Assembly: GCA_951813565.1 (NCBI GenBank)
Contig: OX638351.1
Location: 3,104,001-3,168,000, forward strand
Origin: an uncultured Poribacteria bacterium
GTDB taxonomy: Bacteria; Poribacteria; WGA-4E; WGA-3G
Reading direction: 5' to 3'
Length of the DNA stretch: 64,000 nucleotides
Under the pieces are notes generated by a model. It did not search any database. It was not told the origin of the DNA and worked only from the letters and a program-made list of their open reading frames with translations. Within the stretch, counting starts at the first letter, position 1; each line of letters opens with the position of its first letter. This document shows positions 9,430 to 20,907 of this stretch, piece after piece. A program made the position numbers and the translations under genes.

Positions 9430-10110
9430 GTGAATTGCGAAATGAGTGAAACGCGAATGCGAATCCTTCAGTTATTGAAGATGCGTAGCAGCCTGACCGT
9501 AAATCAATTGACAGAAGCACTACATATCAGTGCGATGGGAATCAGACAACACCTCACAATTCTTGAAGAGGAAGGCTTGGTTGAGTATCATAGTGAAAAG
9601 CATGGACGTGGGCGTCCGCATCACATTTATAGTTTAACTGATGAGGCGAATAGTCTCTTTCCAACAACTTATGCCAACTTCGCGGTCGGTTTGATGCACG
9701 AAGTAGCAAAATTTAACGGGCCTGGGTTCATCAACAAGGTTTTTCGAAGCCGCATGAAGTCCCAATTACAGATGTACCAAGAACGACTTGACGGTAAAGA
9801 CTTGGTTGAACGCATCAGGGAACTTGCTCGTATTCGCGATGAAGAAGGTTATATGGCGCGTTTTGATGAAAACGAAACAGATTATGTCTTAGTAGAACAC
9901 AATTGCCCTATCGCAGCGATTGCTCAAGAATATCCACACGTGTGTGAGATTGAATTGGGACTATTCCGACAATCCTTAGGTACAAAGGTATACCGGGTTG
10001 AACATCTCATGCAAGGGAGTCATAGATGTTGCTACCGCATTCCTAAAGACAATTGTCAGAACAAGGATTTTGAGTCAACATCTGATGAACAATCGAGCCG
10101 AAATCAATAG
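9430..10110 (+). CDS. SufR-like HTH transcriptional regulator
   Basis: N-terminal wHTH (ILQLLK..LHISAMGIRQHL..LEEEGLV, GRGRP) and C-terminal EHNCPI..CEIEL..CCY. Start is GTG 9430 or ATG 9442. Confidence 0.8.
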   Translation: MNCEMSETRMRILQLLKMRSSLTVNQLTEALHISAMGIRQHLTILEEEGLVEYHSEKHGRGRPHHIYSLTDEANSLFPTTYANFAVGLMHEVAKFNGPGFINKVFRSRMKSQLQMYQERLDGKDLVERIRELARIRDEEGYMARFDENETDYVLVEHNCPIAAIAQEYPHVCEIELGLFRQSLGTKVYRVEHLMQGSHRCCYRIPKDNCQNKDFESTSDEQSSRNQ

Positions 10111-10164
10111 AGTGCTATGCGTGTTCGCTTCTCAATAATTTAAACCGATTTATAGGCAATTTCA

Positions 10165-10758
10165 ATGTCTGACGAAACAGGTAGACGTGACTTTTTCAAA
10201 GAAGCGTTGAATCAAATTATGAAACCTGTCGCCGAATTCCTTGATGACAGGATTGGTGATCAGTTTCCGTTTGATGAACCGAACCGTGTTATTCTACGTC
10301 CACCAGGTGCTTTGCCTGAACCTGAATTTTTAGAGAAATGCCATCGGTGTGGGAACTGTGTCAAAAACTGCCCCGCAAACGCTATACAACCACTACAAAG
10401 CCAAGACCCTAAACTTGCTAACACACCTTACATTGACCCTGAAGAACAACCGTGTGTGATCTGTGATTCGCTGGCATGCATGTACGTCTGTCCAAGTGGT
10501 GCACTACAAACTGTCTTTGCCGAAGATATCAGGATCGGACTTGCAGTTTTCAATGTTGAAACTTGTCTCCGCACAAAATCGGTTGATTGCAGCTACTGCG
10601 TAGATACTTGTCCTATTGGAGAAGACGCTATTAAGTTCTCGCCAGACGGTAGAGTAGAAGTGCTTGATTCAGGATGTACTGGGTGTGGGGTATGTCAGTA
10701 TGCTTGTCCAACAGATCCAAAGTCTATAGTGGTCGAGCCGTTACCGCTTCCACAATAG
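10165..10758 (+). CDS. MauM/NapG-type 4Fe-4S polyferredoxin
   Basis: RRDFFK, LRPPGA, CHRCGNCVKNCP, CVICDSLACMYVCP, CSYCVDTCP, CTGCGVCQYACP. Confidence 0.85.
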   Translation: MSDETGRRDFFKEALNQIMKPVAEFLDDRIGDQFPFDEPNRVILRPPGALPEPEFLEKCHRCGNCVKNCPANAIQPLQSQDPKLANTPYIDPEEQPCVICDSLACMYVCPSGALQTVFAEDIRIGLAVFNVETCLRTKSVDCSYCVDTCPIGEDAIKFSPDGRVEVLDSGCTGCGVCQYACPTDPKSIVVEPLPLPQ

Positions 10759-10762
10759 CACC

Positions 10763-11299
10763 ATGCCCGTTCTACCTCAAATTCTTTTTCAGACACCTCT
10801 GAACACCCAAAGACTACGTGACATAAAGCCTCCATTGGATGTTCCACCGAACCTTTTCCTGTATATTCTTCTAAGCGGACTCATTCTTGCAGCATTTGTC
10901 GGAATTGTATGGTTCTATCTCCGAAAACGTCGTCAGACCGAGGTATCTCCTCCAACTGAAGAAGTAGTAACGCGCCCACCACATGAAATTGCTCTTGAAC
11001 AATTGAAAATACTTAATGATGCCACGTACGATATGGAGACTTATCACACCCGAATTTCTTATGTCATTCGCGAATACATTGCAGCGCGTTTTAAAATCCC
11101 CGCTTTAGAGTTGACAACTACAGCACTTCTAAAGCAGATGACACATGAACAGATAGACGATTTATATGTTGAACGTATCCAGCAGTTTCTTATCAATTGT
11201 GATAGCGTAAAGTTTACCAAATATCAACCTGAACGATCCGAAGCAGATGCGCGTATGGCAGACGCTCAATGGTTTGTTGAAGAAACGAAAATACCGTAA
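10763..11299 (+). CDS. Single-TM membrane protein, Bat-operon/DUF4381-like
   Basis: LRDIKPP, one TM helix, PPHEIALEQL, IREYI..RF.IPALELTT, DSVKF. Confidence 0.6.
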   Translation: MPVLPQILFQTPLNTQRLRDIKPPLDVPPNLFLYILLSGLILAAFVGIVWFYLRKRRQTEVSPPTEEVVTRPPHEIALEQLKILNDATYDMETYHTRISYVIREYIAARFKIPALELTTTALLKQMTHEQIDDLYVERIQQFLINCDSVKFTKYQPERSEADARMADAQWFVEETKIP

Positions 11300-11629
11300 G
11301 TGCCAATTTCAGTTAGCCACAACACGCTTGACTCCCAAGGTCGGTAGGAGCGATTTTCTAATCGCTCCAGATAATCCGCGAAAACCGTTAATTCTTTGAT
11401 GATTATAGAAAGTATCTTGATTAATGTTGTTCTTATATGTAATAATTACGGTATATATTACATATAAGTTTGTATAGAACGCATTCCTATATAACATCAA
11501 ATGAAAAGACCTTGAAATATTTTACAAACTTTGGTATCCTTTTATACGCAATAAAAGATAGTTATTGCTTGGTAATTCTTTATCATACGCATGTGAATTC
11601 GGATTAATCTAACAAGGAGGCAACTCAGC

Positions 11630-12064
11630 GTGGCAAATACACTTTCCAATGACCAAGTGCTCCTGACTATACCGATGCGCCCTGATATGGAACTTGCGGC
11701 CGCCAAATTAGCTTCTGTTATCGCCGAATCAATGAGTTTTGACGATGATCAGATTGAAGAAATTCAATTGGCGATGATTGAATCCTGTATTAACGCATTT
11801 GAGCATAGTAGAAGTCCAGATCAGATGGTCATCATTAAGTACATCATGAGAGCAGACGAATTGGAATTCAAAATTACGGACCAAGGAGTCGGTTTTTCCC
11901 CTGAAAATCGACCGCAGCGTAGAACCAGCAAGCCAGATTTACATCCTGATATGCGAAAGCGCGGATGGGGCTTAGAAATTATTCATGCACTCATGGACAG
12001 TGTGGATATTATGAGCGGGGAAAACGGAACGACAATTAGTATGGTTAAGTGTAAGACTGTGTAA
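11630..12064 (+). CDS. Anti-sigma factor Ser/Thr kinase (RsbW-like)
   Basis: EIQLAMIESCINAFEH, ITDQGVGF, RGWGLEIIHALMD; AGGAGG RBS before GTG. Confidence 0.9.
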   Translation: MANTLSNDQVLLTIPMRPDMELAAAKLASVIAESMSFDDDQIEEIQLAMIESCINAFEHSRSPDQMVIIKYIMRADELEFKITDQGVGFSPENRPQRRTSKPDLHPDMRKRGWGLEIIHALMDSVDIMSGENGTTISMVKCKTV

Positions 12065-12105
12065 AATTGACATAGATCCGTCTCACTTTCAAGGAGGGAA
12101 AAAGT

Positions 12106-12450
12106 TTGGCAAACAAATTTGATATTCAAATCCGTGCTGATCAGGAATACGCTGTACTCGAAACAGCGGGATACTTAAATGATTCACTTGGAGAACAACT
12201 TTCAAAGAAAGCACAAGAGCTCATTCAAAAAGGATATACCCAACTGGTAATCAATCTGGATAAAACCGCACTGATTAACAGCATTGGCATCTCCATTCTG
12301 ATAGAAATTATTGAGGCACTTGATGAACGGAACGGAACGTTAAATTTCTGTGGGTTGTCTGCAACGCAGGAACGTACTTTTCGTATGATGGCAATAGCAA
12401 AATATGCGGGAATCTTTCCAGATGAAAAAACTGCAATAGAAAATTTCTAA
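12106..12450 (+). CDS. STAS-domain anti-anti-sigma factor (RsbV-like)
   Basis: LVINLDK..LINSIGISIL phospho-Ser motif; 114 aa; AGGAGG RBS. Confidence 0.9.
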   Translation: MANKFDIQIRADQEYAVLETAGYLNDSLGEQLSKKAQELIQKGYTQLVINLDKTALINSIGISILIEIIEALDERNGTLNFCGLSATQERTFRMMAIAKYAGIFPDEKTAIENF

Positions 12451-12576
12451 CAAACTCTAAACTTAACACTCACCACTACAAACCTATACTGCCTAAGTCG
12501 CCGTTTTTTACCACAAACGGGTCAATAGGATTGGATACCCTACCGTAAGTTTTGAAGACAAAAGGAACAATCCGTC

Positions 12577-14457
12577 ATGCACCTAAGTTCAGCAGAAGAA
12601 ACTATACAAAGGTTAATATTCAGTTTGTCTGAATTGGAACAGTTAGGTCAGACGCTAATTTCCGGACACAGTAACTTTAACGTTTCAAGCAAGACCTATC
12701 TTCGAATTACGCTTGGCACCCTTCAGGCAGCTCGGGGTGCTATCTTTTGTTTCCACCCAACAGATAATTATCTGACAATTGCCGCCTCAACCCCAGAAGT
12801 AGAAATCCCGCCAATTGAAATTGAACCTGACGAAGTTGCAAGTCTACTTGAATGTACTTTCGTTGAATTAGACACACCACCACAAAATTTGCAAAATTTC
12901 ATCAACAGAAACTCGGAACAGCTTAATGGATCTGCAATGCATCGTCTCTGGGTGCCGTTAAAAATCCATGACGAGTTCCTCGGAATCCTGAGTTTAGGCA
13001 AATTTTTAGGGCGCACCGCATTAGAAGACTGGGAACAAGAACTCTTAACCATTCTGGCACACCAAATATCAATTGCAATCGCATATTCTCGGATTGTGGA
13101 AGGTATTCAAAGTGAAAAGTTTCGGTTGTTTATGTTGGCTGAAAGTGCTCCTCAAATTTGTCAATTGTTACAACCAGAAGACGCAGCAGAACAGGTAGTC
13201 CATCAAGCAGTGGCACTCCTTGATGCGAATGTAGGTGGACTGATGCTAATTCAACCACAGCAGCAAAATCTTGAGTTACGGTACGCTTTCCCCGAGACTT
13301 TAATTTCTGAAAACGGTGACCAAAACGGAAAGGATCCAATCTCTATTTCATTAAAAGATATAGAAGCGGACACAGTAGATGTAAATGAAAAAACAGCATT
13401 TGATATGTTAGTTGGCGTTGTTAAAGAAGGCAGGACAGACCGGTGCTCCTTTAAAACGAATACTTTCTTCGGTGGAAAAAACTTGATGGCAGGTCCTATA
13501 CCGGGACGTGATGGTGATATTTTAGGCGTACTTGTTGTAGGAGACAAAGAGGAACGTGGTGGCAGAATTGCTGAATTTACAGACGAAGATGAGATACTTC
13601 TTGATTCCTTCGCGAAACAAGCAGGCGTGGCAATTGAAAACGCTCACCTACATCAAGAGGCACTTGATGCACGCCAATTACAAGCAGAGATGGAGGAAGC
13701 TCGGAAAATCCAAGAAAATCTGATTCCAGACACACTTCCTGACATACCCGGCTACGAGGTTGCGGGACATTACGAACCGCGCGGTCCTGTCGGTGGTGAT
13801 TATTATGACTGTATTGAACTGCCAACTGGTAGATGGGGACTTGCTATCGCTGATGTTTCTGGTAAAGGAATGCAAGCGGCACTCTTGATGGCAACACTTC
13901 GTGCAGGACTGCTTTCTGAGTTAACAAGTTCAAGGGGGCGTGAAGACGAATCCATAGATATGAAAAATGAGTTGATTGACATGGCAATGACTCTAAACTC
14001 ATTACTCTACGTCAGCGGAACTGAAGAAAAATATGCTACGTTCTTTTATAGCCATCTTAATCCAGAAACCGACACACTAACAACTCTAAATGGTGGACAC
14101 AATCCGCCGCTGGTTGTGAAAAACGATGGAAACATCGTATGGTTAGGGGAAGAAGTCGGTGGATTGCCGTTGGGAATGTTCCCGAATGATATGGTCCCGC
14201 TTATCGCTAAATATGAAGCTGAACAAATAAAACTCGAAAGCGGTGATCTTATCATCTTTTATACTGATGGTGTCACTGAAACCGTCAACATTGAGGATGA
14301 ATTCTATGATGAAGAGCGCCTTGAACAGGTTGCCAAAACATGTACCGATAGTGATGCCTCACATATATGTAACTTAATCTATCAGGCAGTAATGGACTTT
14401 CAGGGAGATGCTGACCAATTCGACGATCTGACGTTACTTGTCCTCCGAAAGAAATAG
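12577..14457 (+). CDS. GAF-GAF-PP2C (SpoIIE/RsbU-like) phosphatase
   Basis: Two GAF-like segments; VGGDYYD, IADVSGKG, NGGHNPP, YTDGVTE, DDLTLLV. Confidence 0.92.
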   Translation: MHLSSAEETIQRLIFSLSELEQLGQTLISGHSNFNVSSKTYLRITLGTLQAARGAIFCFHPTDNYLTIAASTPEVEIPPIEIEPDEVASLLECTFVELDTPPQNLQNFINRNSEQLNGSAMHRLWVPLKIHDEFLGILSLGKFLGRTALEDWEQELLTILAHQISIAIAYSRIVEGIQSEKFRLFMLAESAPQICQLLQPEDAAEQVVHQAVALLDANVGGLMLIQPQQQNLELRYAFPETLISENGDQNGKDPISISLKDIEADTVDVNEKTAFDMLVGVVKEGRTDRCSFKTNTFFGGKNLMAGPIPGRDGDILGVLVVGDKEERGGRIAEFTDEDEILLDSFAKQAGVAIENAHLHQEALDARQLQAEMEEARKIQENLIPDTLPDIPGYEVAGHYEPRGPVGGDYYDCIELPTGRWGLAIADVSGKGMQAALLMATLRAGLLSELTSSRGREDESIDMKNELIDMAMTLNSLLYVSGTEEKYATFFYSHLNPETDTLTTLNGGHNPPLVVKNDGNIVWLGEEVGGLPLGMFPNDMVPLIAKYEAEQIKLESGDLIIFYTDGVTETVNIEDEFYDEERLEQVAKTCTDSDASHICNLIYQAVMDFQGDADQFDDLTLLVLRKK

Positions 14458-14469
14458 GAAACCAAAACC

Positions 14470-15432
14470 ATGCAACAAACATCTGAAGGACGTAGATTTT
14501 TAAGTCCCACAATCCTTGCACAAATTGGCAATCTTGAACTCATTGCGAAATTTGTTGTTGAAGGATTCATCTCTGGATTACATAAAAGTCCATACCACGG
14601 GTTTAGTGTTGAGTTTTCGCAATACAGACAATATATGCCGGGGGACGATACAAAACACATCGACTGGAAAGTTTACGGTAGAACCGACCGCTACTACATC
14701 AAACAGTTTGAAGAAGAAACAAATCTTAACTGTTATCTTTTGTTAGATACCAGCCAGTCTATGGCGCACCCATCCCCTGAGGACCTACAAGAGATAGACG
14801 CTGCGCAACAACCTGAAACATCTGAAGGTGTAGGGCCCTTATCAAAACTCCGCTATGCCAGTTTCCTTATAGCCTCACTCTCTTATTTTATGGCGAAACA
14901 GAAAGATGCTGTTGGGTTCGCATATTTTGACGAAAAAGTACATCAGTACTTGCCTGCGCGGAGTAGTGCTTCACACATGCATTCTATCTTGTTGACATTG
15001 GAAAACCTCCAAACTGCCAAGGAAACCCGAATTGGCGAACCGCTACATCAAATCGCAGAACGGTTGACGAAACGTGGGTTAGTAATTCTCATTTCTGACC
15101 TTTACGATGAAAATCCTGATGAGGTAATTGAAGGGCTTGAACATCTCCGTTACGATGGGCACGAGGTTATTGTCTTTCACCTACTATCTCAACAGGAGGT
15201 GGAATTTGAGTTTGAAAAGCTTATCCGTTTCGTTGATGCAGAAAACGACCAAGAAATTATCACAACACCACAAGTCATTCGGGACAGTTACATGAGCAAT
15301 TTTAACGAATTTATTAACCATTACCGAACAACGTTGAATCAATCGGATATTGATTACAACCTGATAAATACATCAACACCGATTGACCGCGCGCTTTCAT
15401 CATATTTAGCGAAGCGACAAGGATTCTTATAA
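14470..15432 (+). CDS. DUF58 family vWA-like protein (MoxR-associated)
   Basis: GLHKSPYHGFSVEFSQYRQYMPGDD..IDWK, KQFEEETN, LLDTSQSM, ILISDL. Confidence 0.92.
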   Translation: MQQTSEGRRFLSPTILAQIGNLELIAKFVVEGFISGLHKSPYHGFSVEFSQYRQYMPGDDTKHIDWKVYGRTDRYYIKQFEEETNLNCYLLLDTSQSMAHPSPEDLQEIDAAQQPETSEGVGPLSKLRYASFLIASLSYFMAKQKDAVGFAYFDEKVHQYLPARSSASHMHSILLTLENLQTAKETRIGEPLHQIAERLTKRGLVILISDLYDENPDEVIEGLEHLRYDGHEVIVFHLLSQQEVEFEFEKLIRFVDAENDQEIITTPQVIRDSYMSNFNEFINHYRTTLNQSDIDYNLINTSTPIDRALSSYLAKRQGFL

Positions 15433-15477
15433 AAGTAGCAGGCACACCGGTGCCGACGCACGAAGGAGACATACACG

Positions 15478-17574
15478 ATGGGTTTTTTAGCTGGGGCGTT
15501 TGCTATTGCAGGTACTATAGGGGCATCTATCCCTCTTATTATCCACTTACTGAACCGGGAACGTGCGCGCAGACTTATTTTTAGTACTGTTCGTTTCATC
15601 CAGATGTCACATCAAACAAATGTGCAACGCCACAAACTAAAGCGGCTACTTCTGCTGCTTATGCGCATCTTGATGTTAATACTTCTTGGTTTCGCCTTTG
15701 CACGACCTTTTTTTGCGGCTGACCCTACAACCGCTCCTGAATTAGGCGGTGTGCGGAATGCAGTTATCATTTTAGATACATCCTACAGCATGCAGTATGA
15801 AGACGTTTTTGCACGTGCGAAAGAAGAGGCAATCAACCGCCTTGACAGTTTAGAGAGTGCCGATGTTGTTGCGCTCATCCTATCTGCAGACAAAGCGCGG
15901 AAAGTTTTGCCTATTGACTCTCAACATAATCACATCAGAACAGCAATAGAAAGTGCAGAGCCTACTGACTATACAACCGATTATCTTGATGCTATCCAAA
16001 CTGCTGATGAAATTCTTCAGGGAATTTCAGTCGGACAGAAACAGATATACCTTATTGCAGACTTGCAGAAAATCGGATGGGAAAACTTCCTTGAAACCGA
16101 CAGGCTTAGTCCCGATGTAGACATCGAATTTGTCAATGTCGCAGTTGAACAACCGAACAACCGCGCAATTACCGACATCAATGTTCCACCAGTAGTACTC
16201 ATTGAACAAAAAGATACTGAATTGGTGGCACGTATTCACAATTTCAGCACTGAAGAGGTTCAAAAACTACCTGTCCGTCTATTTATTGACAACAATAAAG
16301 TCCAAACCACGCAATTGGATATCGCGCCAGAAGATAGCGCGGATGCCATCTTTAAAATGGAAATTGATCTGCAATCAGAATCCATTCATACAGGTTGGGT
16401 TGAAATTGATTCTGATGCTCTTGAAATTGACAACAGATACTATTTTACTGTGCAAAGCATGAAATCTATCAAGGTGCATGCTGTCAATGGCGAACAGAAA
16501 AGATCTGATATTGAAGATGAAACCTTCTTTTTGACAAGAGCATTGAAAAACGTTGGAGATGAAGGCGCCCCTATTGATTATACAGAATCTACCACATTAC
16601 CGTCAGCAGCTGCGCTACAGCGGTACGATGTGCTTATTCTCGCAAATGTAAAACAGATAACAGCAGCTGAAGCCGAAAGATTGAAAACTTATGTTAATAC
16701 AGGTGGCGGACTAATTATCACGCTTGGAGATCAAGTTGATTCAAGCATTTACCAGCAACACCTTGGCGGAACAGAAAACGCACTCATGCCGTGTACTTTA
16801 ATGCAAGCGGTCGGTGACCCAATCGGCAAAGATGAGTTTCAAGTCATCGCGAGTGTTGATTATCGTCATCCTATTTTTACCCCGTTTCGCAATCCAAACC
16901 ATGGAGACTTTGGAAAAGGGCGATTTTATAGATATTTTCAGACGGTCCCCACGCCAGAAGCAGTAACTATCGCTGCTTTTGATGACGGAAACCCAGCAGT
17001 CCTTGAAAAAATTTACGGCAACGGACGAGTCCTCTGTCTTACATCCACGATTGATCGTGAGTGGAACGATCTGCCTATACACGGTGTCTATCTACCTTTT
17101 TTACACGAAACTATCAAATATCTTGCGCTGAAGCAAGCAGGCAAAGTGCCGGACTATCGTGTTGGAGACAGTGTAGAATACAATGGATCTCAAGATAGTG
17201 CAGGAAAAGAGGTGGCTGTTTTCAATCCAGATCGCAAAGAAACACGGATGACGTTGAATGAACAAGGCAGCCTCTTTTATGAAAATACTGAACACCCTGG
17301 TATCTATTCAGTACACGGTTCTGGCGGATCACCGCACTATTTTGTTGTTAATATTGATACTGTTGAGTCCGACTTAACACTTCGGAATCCAGAGGAGTTA
17401 ACCAGCATGCTTGTCGGTTCTACTGAATTTGACCGTGCCCCATCTGAACTTACAGCCGAAGTTAAACAACAATACCGTGAAGATGTTGAGAAAAATCAGG
17501 GTGTCGCGACTTATCTTCTTTTAGCAGTTTTCGCACTTGCAATAACGGAAATGTTCCTCGCAAATCGTGTATAG
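15478..17574 (+). CDS. BatA N-terminal + vWA + GATase-like membrane protein
   Basis: PLIIHLLNR..FSTVRF, LLLLLMR..AFARP, ILDTSYSM, YDVLILAN, GGGLII, C-terminal TM. Confidence 0.85.
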   Translation: MGFLAGAFAIAGTIGASIPLIIHLLNRERARRLIFSTVRFIQMSHQTNVQRHKLKRLLLLLMRILMLILLGFAFARPFFAADPTTAPELGGVRNAVIILDTSYSMQYEDVFARAKEEAINRLDSLESADVVALILSADKARKVLPIDSQHNHIRTAIESAEPTDYTTDYLDAIQTADEILQGISVGQKQIYLIADLQKIGWENFLETDRLSPDVDIEFVNVAVEQPNNRAITDINVPPVVLIEQKDTELVARIHNFSTEEVQKLPVRLFIDNNKVQTTQLDIAPEDSADAIFKMEIDLQSESIHTGWVEIDSDALEIDNRYYFTVQSMKSIKVHAVNGEQKRSDIEDETFFLTRALKNVGDEGAPIDYTESTTLPSAAALQRYDVLILANVKQITAAEAERLKTYVNTGGGLIITLGDQVDSSIYQQHLGGTENALMPCTLMQAVGDPIGKDEFQVIASVDYRHPIFTPFRNPNHGDFGKGRFYRYFQTVPTPEAVTIAAFDDGNPAVLEKIYGNGRVLCLTSTIDREWNDLPIHGVYLPFLHETIKYLALKQAGKVPDYRVGDSVEYNGSQDSAGKEVAVFNPDRKETRMTLNEQGSLFYENTEHPGIYSVHGSGGSPHYFVVNIDTVESDLTLRNPEELTSMLVGSTEFDRAPSELTAEVKQQYREDVEKNQGVATYLLLAVFALAITEMFLANRV

Positions 17575-17845
17575 TTGTGATACAATTTTACTTTAGCAAT
17601 ATCAAAATCTGCCTTATGGTCTTGGACTAATGAATTTGAACGTAATAACGTATCTGAATAATAACATCTCATTAACAAATAACGCGTTTGTAGTCGCGCA
17701 ATTCATTGCGCCTCGGACATTCAACATAAGATAAGTTTAATAATCTCATAAAACTCTGTTATGGTGTTTTATTTATCAGAATTGGTATAATTATTTATTC
17801 TTTAGGTTTGTGTCTCTATGAGATTTAGGAGGATAATATAAACAA

Positions 17846-18769
17846 ATGGGTCCCGAATTAACAGATAAAATTGAAGTTCCAGATGTTGTATCTGATAAGG
17901 AATGTCAATTTTTTATTGAAAACGGATATCTTGTCGTTCCAAACTTGCTATCCGAAAGCGAAATTGAAGAACTTAGGCAAGATACAGTTACGCTTGCTCG
18001 TGGTGGATATGAATGTGATAACATGAAACCTTTGCCCGATAGTGTTACAGACGAAGATGCAATCGGCAGAATTCTTTGTATTCATCAACCGCATTTCGTT
18101 AGCGATACTATTGAAAAGTACGTCAAACACCCAAAAATCTGTGGAATCCTGAGCCAAATTACCGCCGCACACCTGCCTTTTTGGGATGGTAGCGTTAAGT
18201 GTATGCAGTCAATGCTTTTCGTCAAACCACCTAATTTTCAGGGACAGGCGTGGCATCAGGACGAAATCTATATTCCCACGCGCGACCGTTCCTTAATCGG
18301 TGCGTGGATTGCTATGGATGATGCAAATGTGGAGAATGGGTGTTTGTGGGTACTTCCTGGTTCTCATCGGCACGGTTATTTATATCCACAGCGTAATCAC
18401 GAAAATCCTGACGAATTCGATTTCGCGCAGGAAAGTTACGGATTTGACGGTTCAACGGAAGTCCCTGTTGAAGTAACAACAGGAACGCTTGTCTTCTTCA
18501 ACGGCTATTTACTGCATCGTTCCCGCAAAAATAGAGGAAATACATTCCGTCGAGTCCTTGTCAACCATTACTGCAATTCATGGTCATTGCTTCCGTGGTC
18601 AATCCGAGAAGGAGAACGACCTGCAAGTGCTGACCGACGTTGCATTATTCCTGTATCTGGGGTTGATCCTTATTCATGGAAAGGTTATGACGAACCCGGC
18701 AAAAACGTAGGGTTGCGAACATGCAAAGCGATTGACGAATTGCCGCCTATTGCGGCGGAAAGTGAGTAA
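17846..18769 (+). CDS. Phytanoyl-CoA dioxygenase family (PhyH)
   Basis: QAWHQD, WIAMDDANVENGCLWVLPGSH, FNGYLLHRS. Confidence 0.92.
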   Translation: MGPELTDKIEVPDVVSDKECQFFIENGYLVVPNLLSESEIEELRQDTVTLARGGYECDNMKPLPDSVTDEDAIGRILCIHQPHFVSDTIEKYVKHPKICGILSQITAAHLPFWDGSVKCMQSMLFVKPPNFQGQAWHQDEIYIPTRDRSLIGAWIAMDDANVENGCLWVLPGSHRHGYLYPQRNHENPDEFDFAQESYGFDGSTEVPVEVTTGTLVFFNGYLLHRSRKNRGNTFRRVLVNHYCNSWSLLPWSIREGERPASADRRCIIPVSGVDPYSWKGYDEPGKNVGLRTCKAIDELPPIAAESE

Positions 18770-18773
18770 TACG

Positions 18774-18977
18774 ATGACAACGGAACTGACATTTGATCTA
18801 CAGAACACATTGGAGACTATGTTAAACCGTATCGCGACAGGGGACGACATCACTGAACAACTTCTCAAGATTGAGCAGTTATCTACGGACATAGAGTCTA
18901 CTGCGCCAACAATGCTTAAGCATTATCTTGAACGGAAAAGTTATACAAAAGCATTGGATTTTCTTAAAGATTTGTAA
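18774..18977 (+). CDS. Small hypothetical protein
   Basis: 67-aa helical ORF 4 nt after the PhyH stop, ending LKHYLERKSYTKALDFL. Confidence 0.6.
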   Translation: MTTELTFDLQNTLETMLNRIATGDDITEQLLKIEQLSTDIESTAPTMLKHYLERKSYTKALDFLKDL

Positions 18978-19394
18978 AATTCTGTTTTGTCAATGTTTAG
19001 AGGTATTCAATTGTAGAGAATTACTCTTGTTGGAGGGGTTTGTAACCCCGATTTAATAACAAACGCGTTTGTAGTCGCGCAATTCATTGCGCCTCTTTTT
19101 ACGTTTTTAGATGTGAAAAACCGAAAATTGAATGGCTCTGTTTCCGCTATTTGTAAACCTTGACAAATCTGAAGTTCTGTGATACAGTTCCACCAATAAA
19201 GCAGTGCCAACTTTTTATAGGCATTGCTTTTTATAGTAAAATTCACAATTACCTTTACATTGGCGAGGTTAGGAAACCTCGCCAGCGCATGCGTGTGGGA
19301 ATTGCTGTTCATTGAAATGTGAACATATTATTGGATTTTACTATAACATAAAACTACTGTTGAGCCGAAGATTCAAACTTGAAATGAGGACTAC

Positions 19395-20153
19395 ATGATC
19401 AGAGAAGATGGACGAAAGACAGATGAGATGCGTCCTATTACAATCAGACGAAATTATATTAAACACGCTGAAGGTGCCGTTCTTATCGCAACTGGAGATA
19501 CTAAGGTAATCTGCACTGCCTCCGTTGATGAACGCCAACCCCGTTTTATGCGTGACCAGAATATCCGAAATAGAGGATGGGTTACAGCCGAGTATTCAAT
19601 GTTGCCGCGCTCTACTTCTCAACGCATGCAACGCGAAGCATCGCAAGGCAGACTCGGTGGACGAACACAGGAAATCCAACGACTTATCGGTAGGTCACTC
19701 CGTGCTGCTGTTGACCTTGATTCATTGGGTGAAAGAACAATTTGGGTAGACTGCGATGTCATCCAAGCCGATGGTGGTACCCGGACGGCAGCAATTACAG
19801 GCGCTTTTATGGCCCTTTGGGATGCTTGCAAAACGCTGCAATACCAAGGCAAGATTGATGAACTGCCAATCTTAGACAATATCGCAGCGACCAGTGTCGG
19901 GATTATTGACGGCATCCCCATGCTTGACCTCTGCTATTCTGAGGACTCTGCTGCCGATGTTGATATGAACATTGTTATGACAGGTGGTGGAAAGTTTATT
20001 GAGATTCAAGGGACTGCTGAACAAAATCCTTTTTCCCGCGAAGAATACGACCACTTGCTTGACCTATCTATCAACGGTATTCAGCAACTCATCCGCTTAC
20101 AAAATCAAATGATGCTTGAGGGCCTTAATGAAGCTTGTTTTGGCAACCCGTAA
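19395..20153 (+). CDS. rph: Ribonuclease PH
   Basis: [47 protein letters not shown]. Confidence 0.97.
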   Translation: MIREDGRKTDEMRPITIRRNYIKHAEGAVLIATGDTKVICTASVDERQPRFMRDQNIRNRGWVTAEYSMLPRSTSQRMQREASQGRLGGRTQEIQRLIGRSLRAAVDLDSLGERTIWVDCDVIQADGGTRTAAITGAFMALWDACKTLQYQGKIDELPILDNIAATSVGIIDGIPMLDLCYSEDSAADVDMNIVMTGGGKFIEIQGTAEQNPFSREEYDHLLDLSINGIQQLIRLQNQMMLEGLNEACFGNP

Positions 20154-20748
20154 CCTCGGCAAGGTGAAAGAACTTACGGCAATGCTTAATACAGATCGAC
20201 AACTGGAGAGTATACAAATCCTTTCGCTTCAAGATTTTCCGGATGCGCCAGAGGTAATTGAGGATCGTGATACTTATGAAGAAAATGCTTCAAAGAAAGC
20301 CACAGTCATCGCTGATTATACAGGGCTTCGGACACTTGCTGATGACGCTGGCTTAGAAGTTGATGCTCTCGGTGGTGCGCCAGGTGTTCACTCCAAACGG
20401 TGGGCAGGTGATGATGCAACTGATGCTATTCGCGTTCAGAAGTTGCTTAAGGCTTTGGAAGGTGCCACCAATAGGAAAGCACGATTTGTGGCAGCAATTG
20501 CTATCGCGGAACCTACTGCACCTAACAGCAGTGATTTTGTAAACAGAGTACAAGTGGTAGTAGGAAAATGTGAAGGACATATCACCCACGCCCCTGCTGG
20601 GAACAGCGGCTTTGGATACGACCCAATTTTTGTGCCTAACGGTTATGAGAAAACTTTTGCAGAATTGGGCGATACAATTAAAAACCAAATCAGTCATAGA
20701 AGTGAAGCACTGCGATTAGCACTTAAATTGTTATATAGTGAAATATAA
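20128..20748 (+). CDS. rdgB: RdgB/HAM1 non-canonical purine NTP pyrophosphatase
   Basis: [42 protein letters not shown]; overlaps rph. Confidence 0.95.
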   Translation: MKLVLATRNLGKVKELTAMLNTDRQLESIQILSLQDFPDAPEVIEDRDTYEENASKKATVIADYTGLRTLADDAGLEVDALGGAPGVHSKRWAGDDATDAIRVQKLLKALEGATNRKARFVAAIAIAEPTAPNSSDFVNRVQVVVGKCEGHITHAPAGNSGFGYDPIFVPNGYEKTFAELGDTIKNQISHRSEALRLALKLLYSEI

Positions 20749-20907
20749 AATTACTTGGACAGTTCTTTATAGGTTTGATGCGTTTGTAGTCGCGCAATTC
20801 ATTGCGCCTCTTCTTGTAGGAGCGACCTCTAGGTCGCGACTTTAAAACTGTAGAACACTTTGTCCGTGCCGAGTGACAATGTCCAGTTAATTGTAAAATC
20901 CACTATA
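20734..20907. mobile_element. TA-flanked MITE-like element carrying REPs; its left TIR contains the rdgB stop
   Basis: TATAGTGAAATATAAAATTACTTGGACA ... TGTCCAGTTAATTGTAAAATCCACTATA; interior resembles 44086-44345. Confidence 0.65.
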
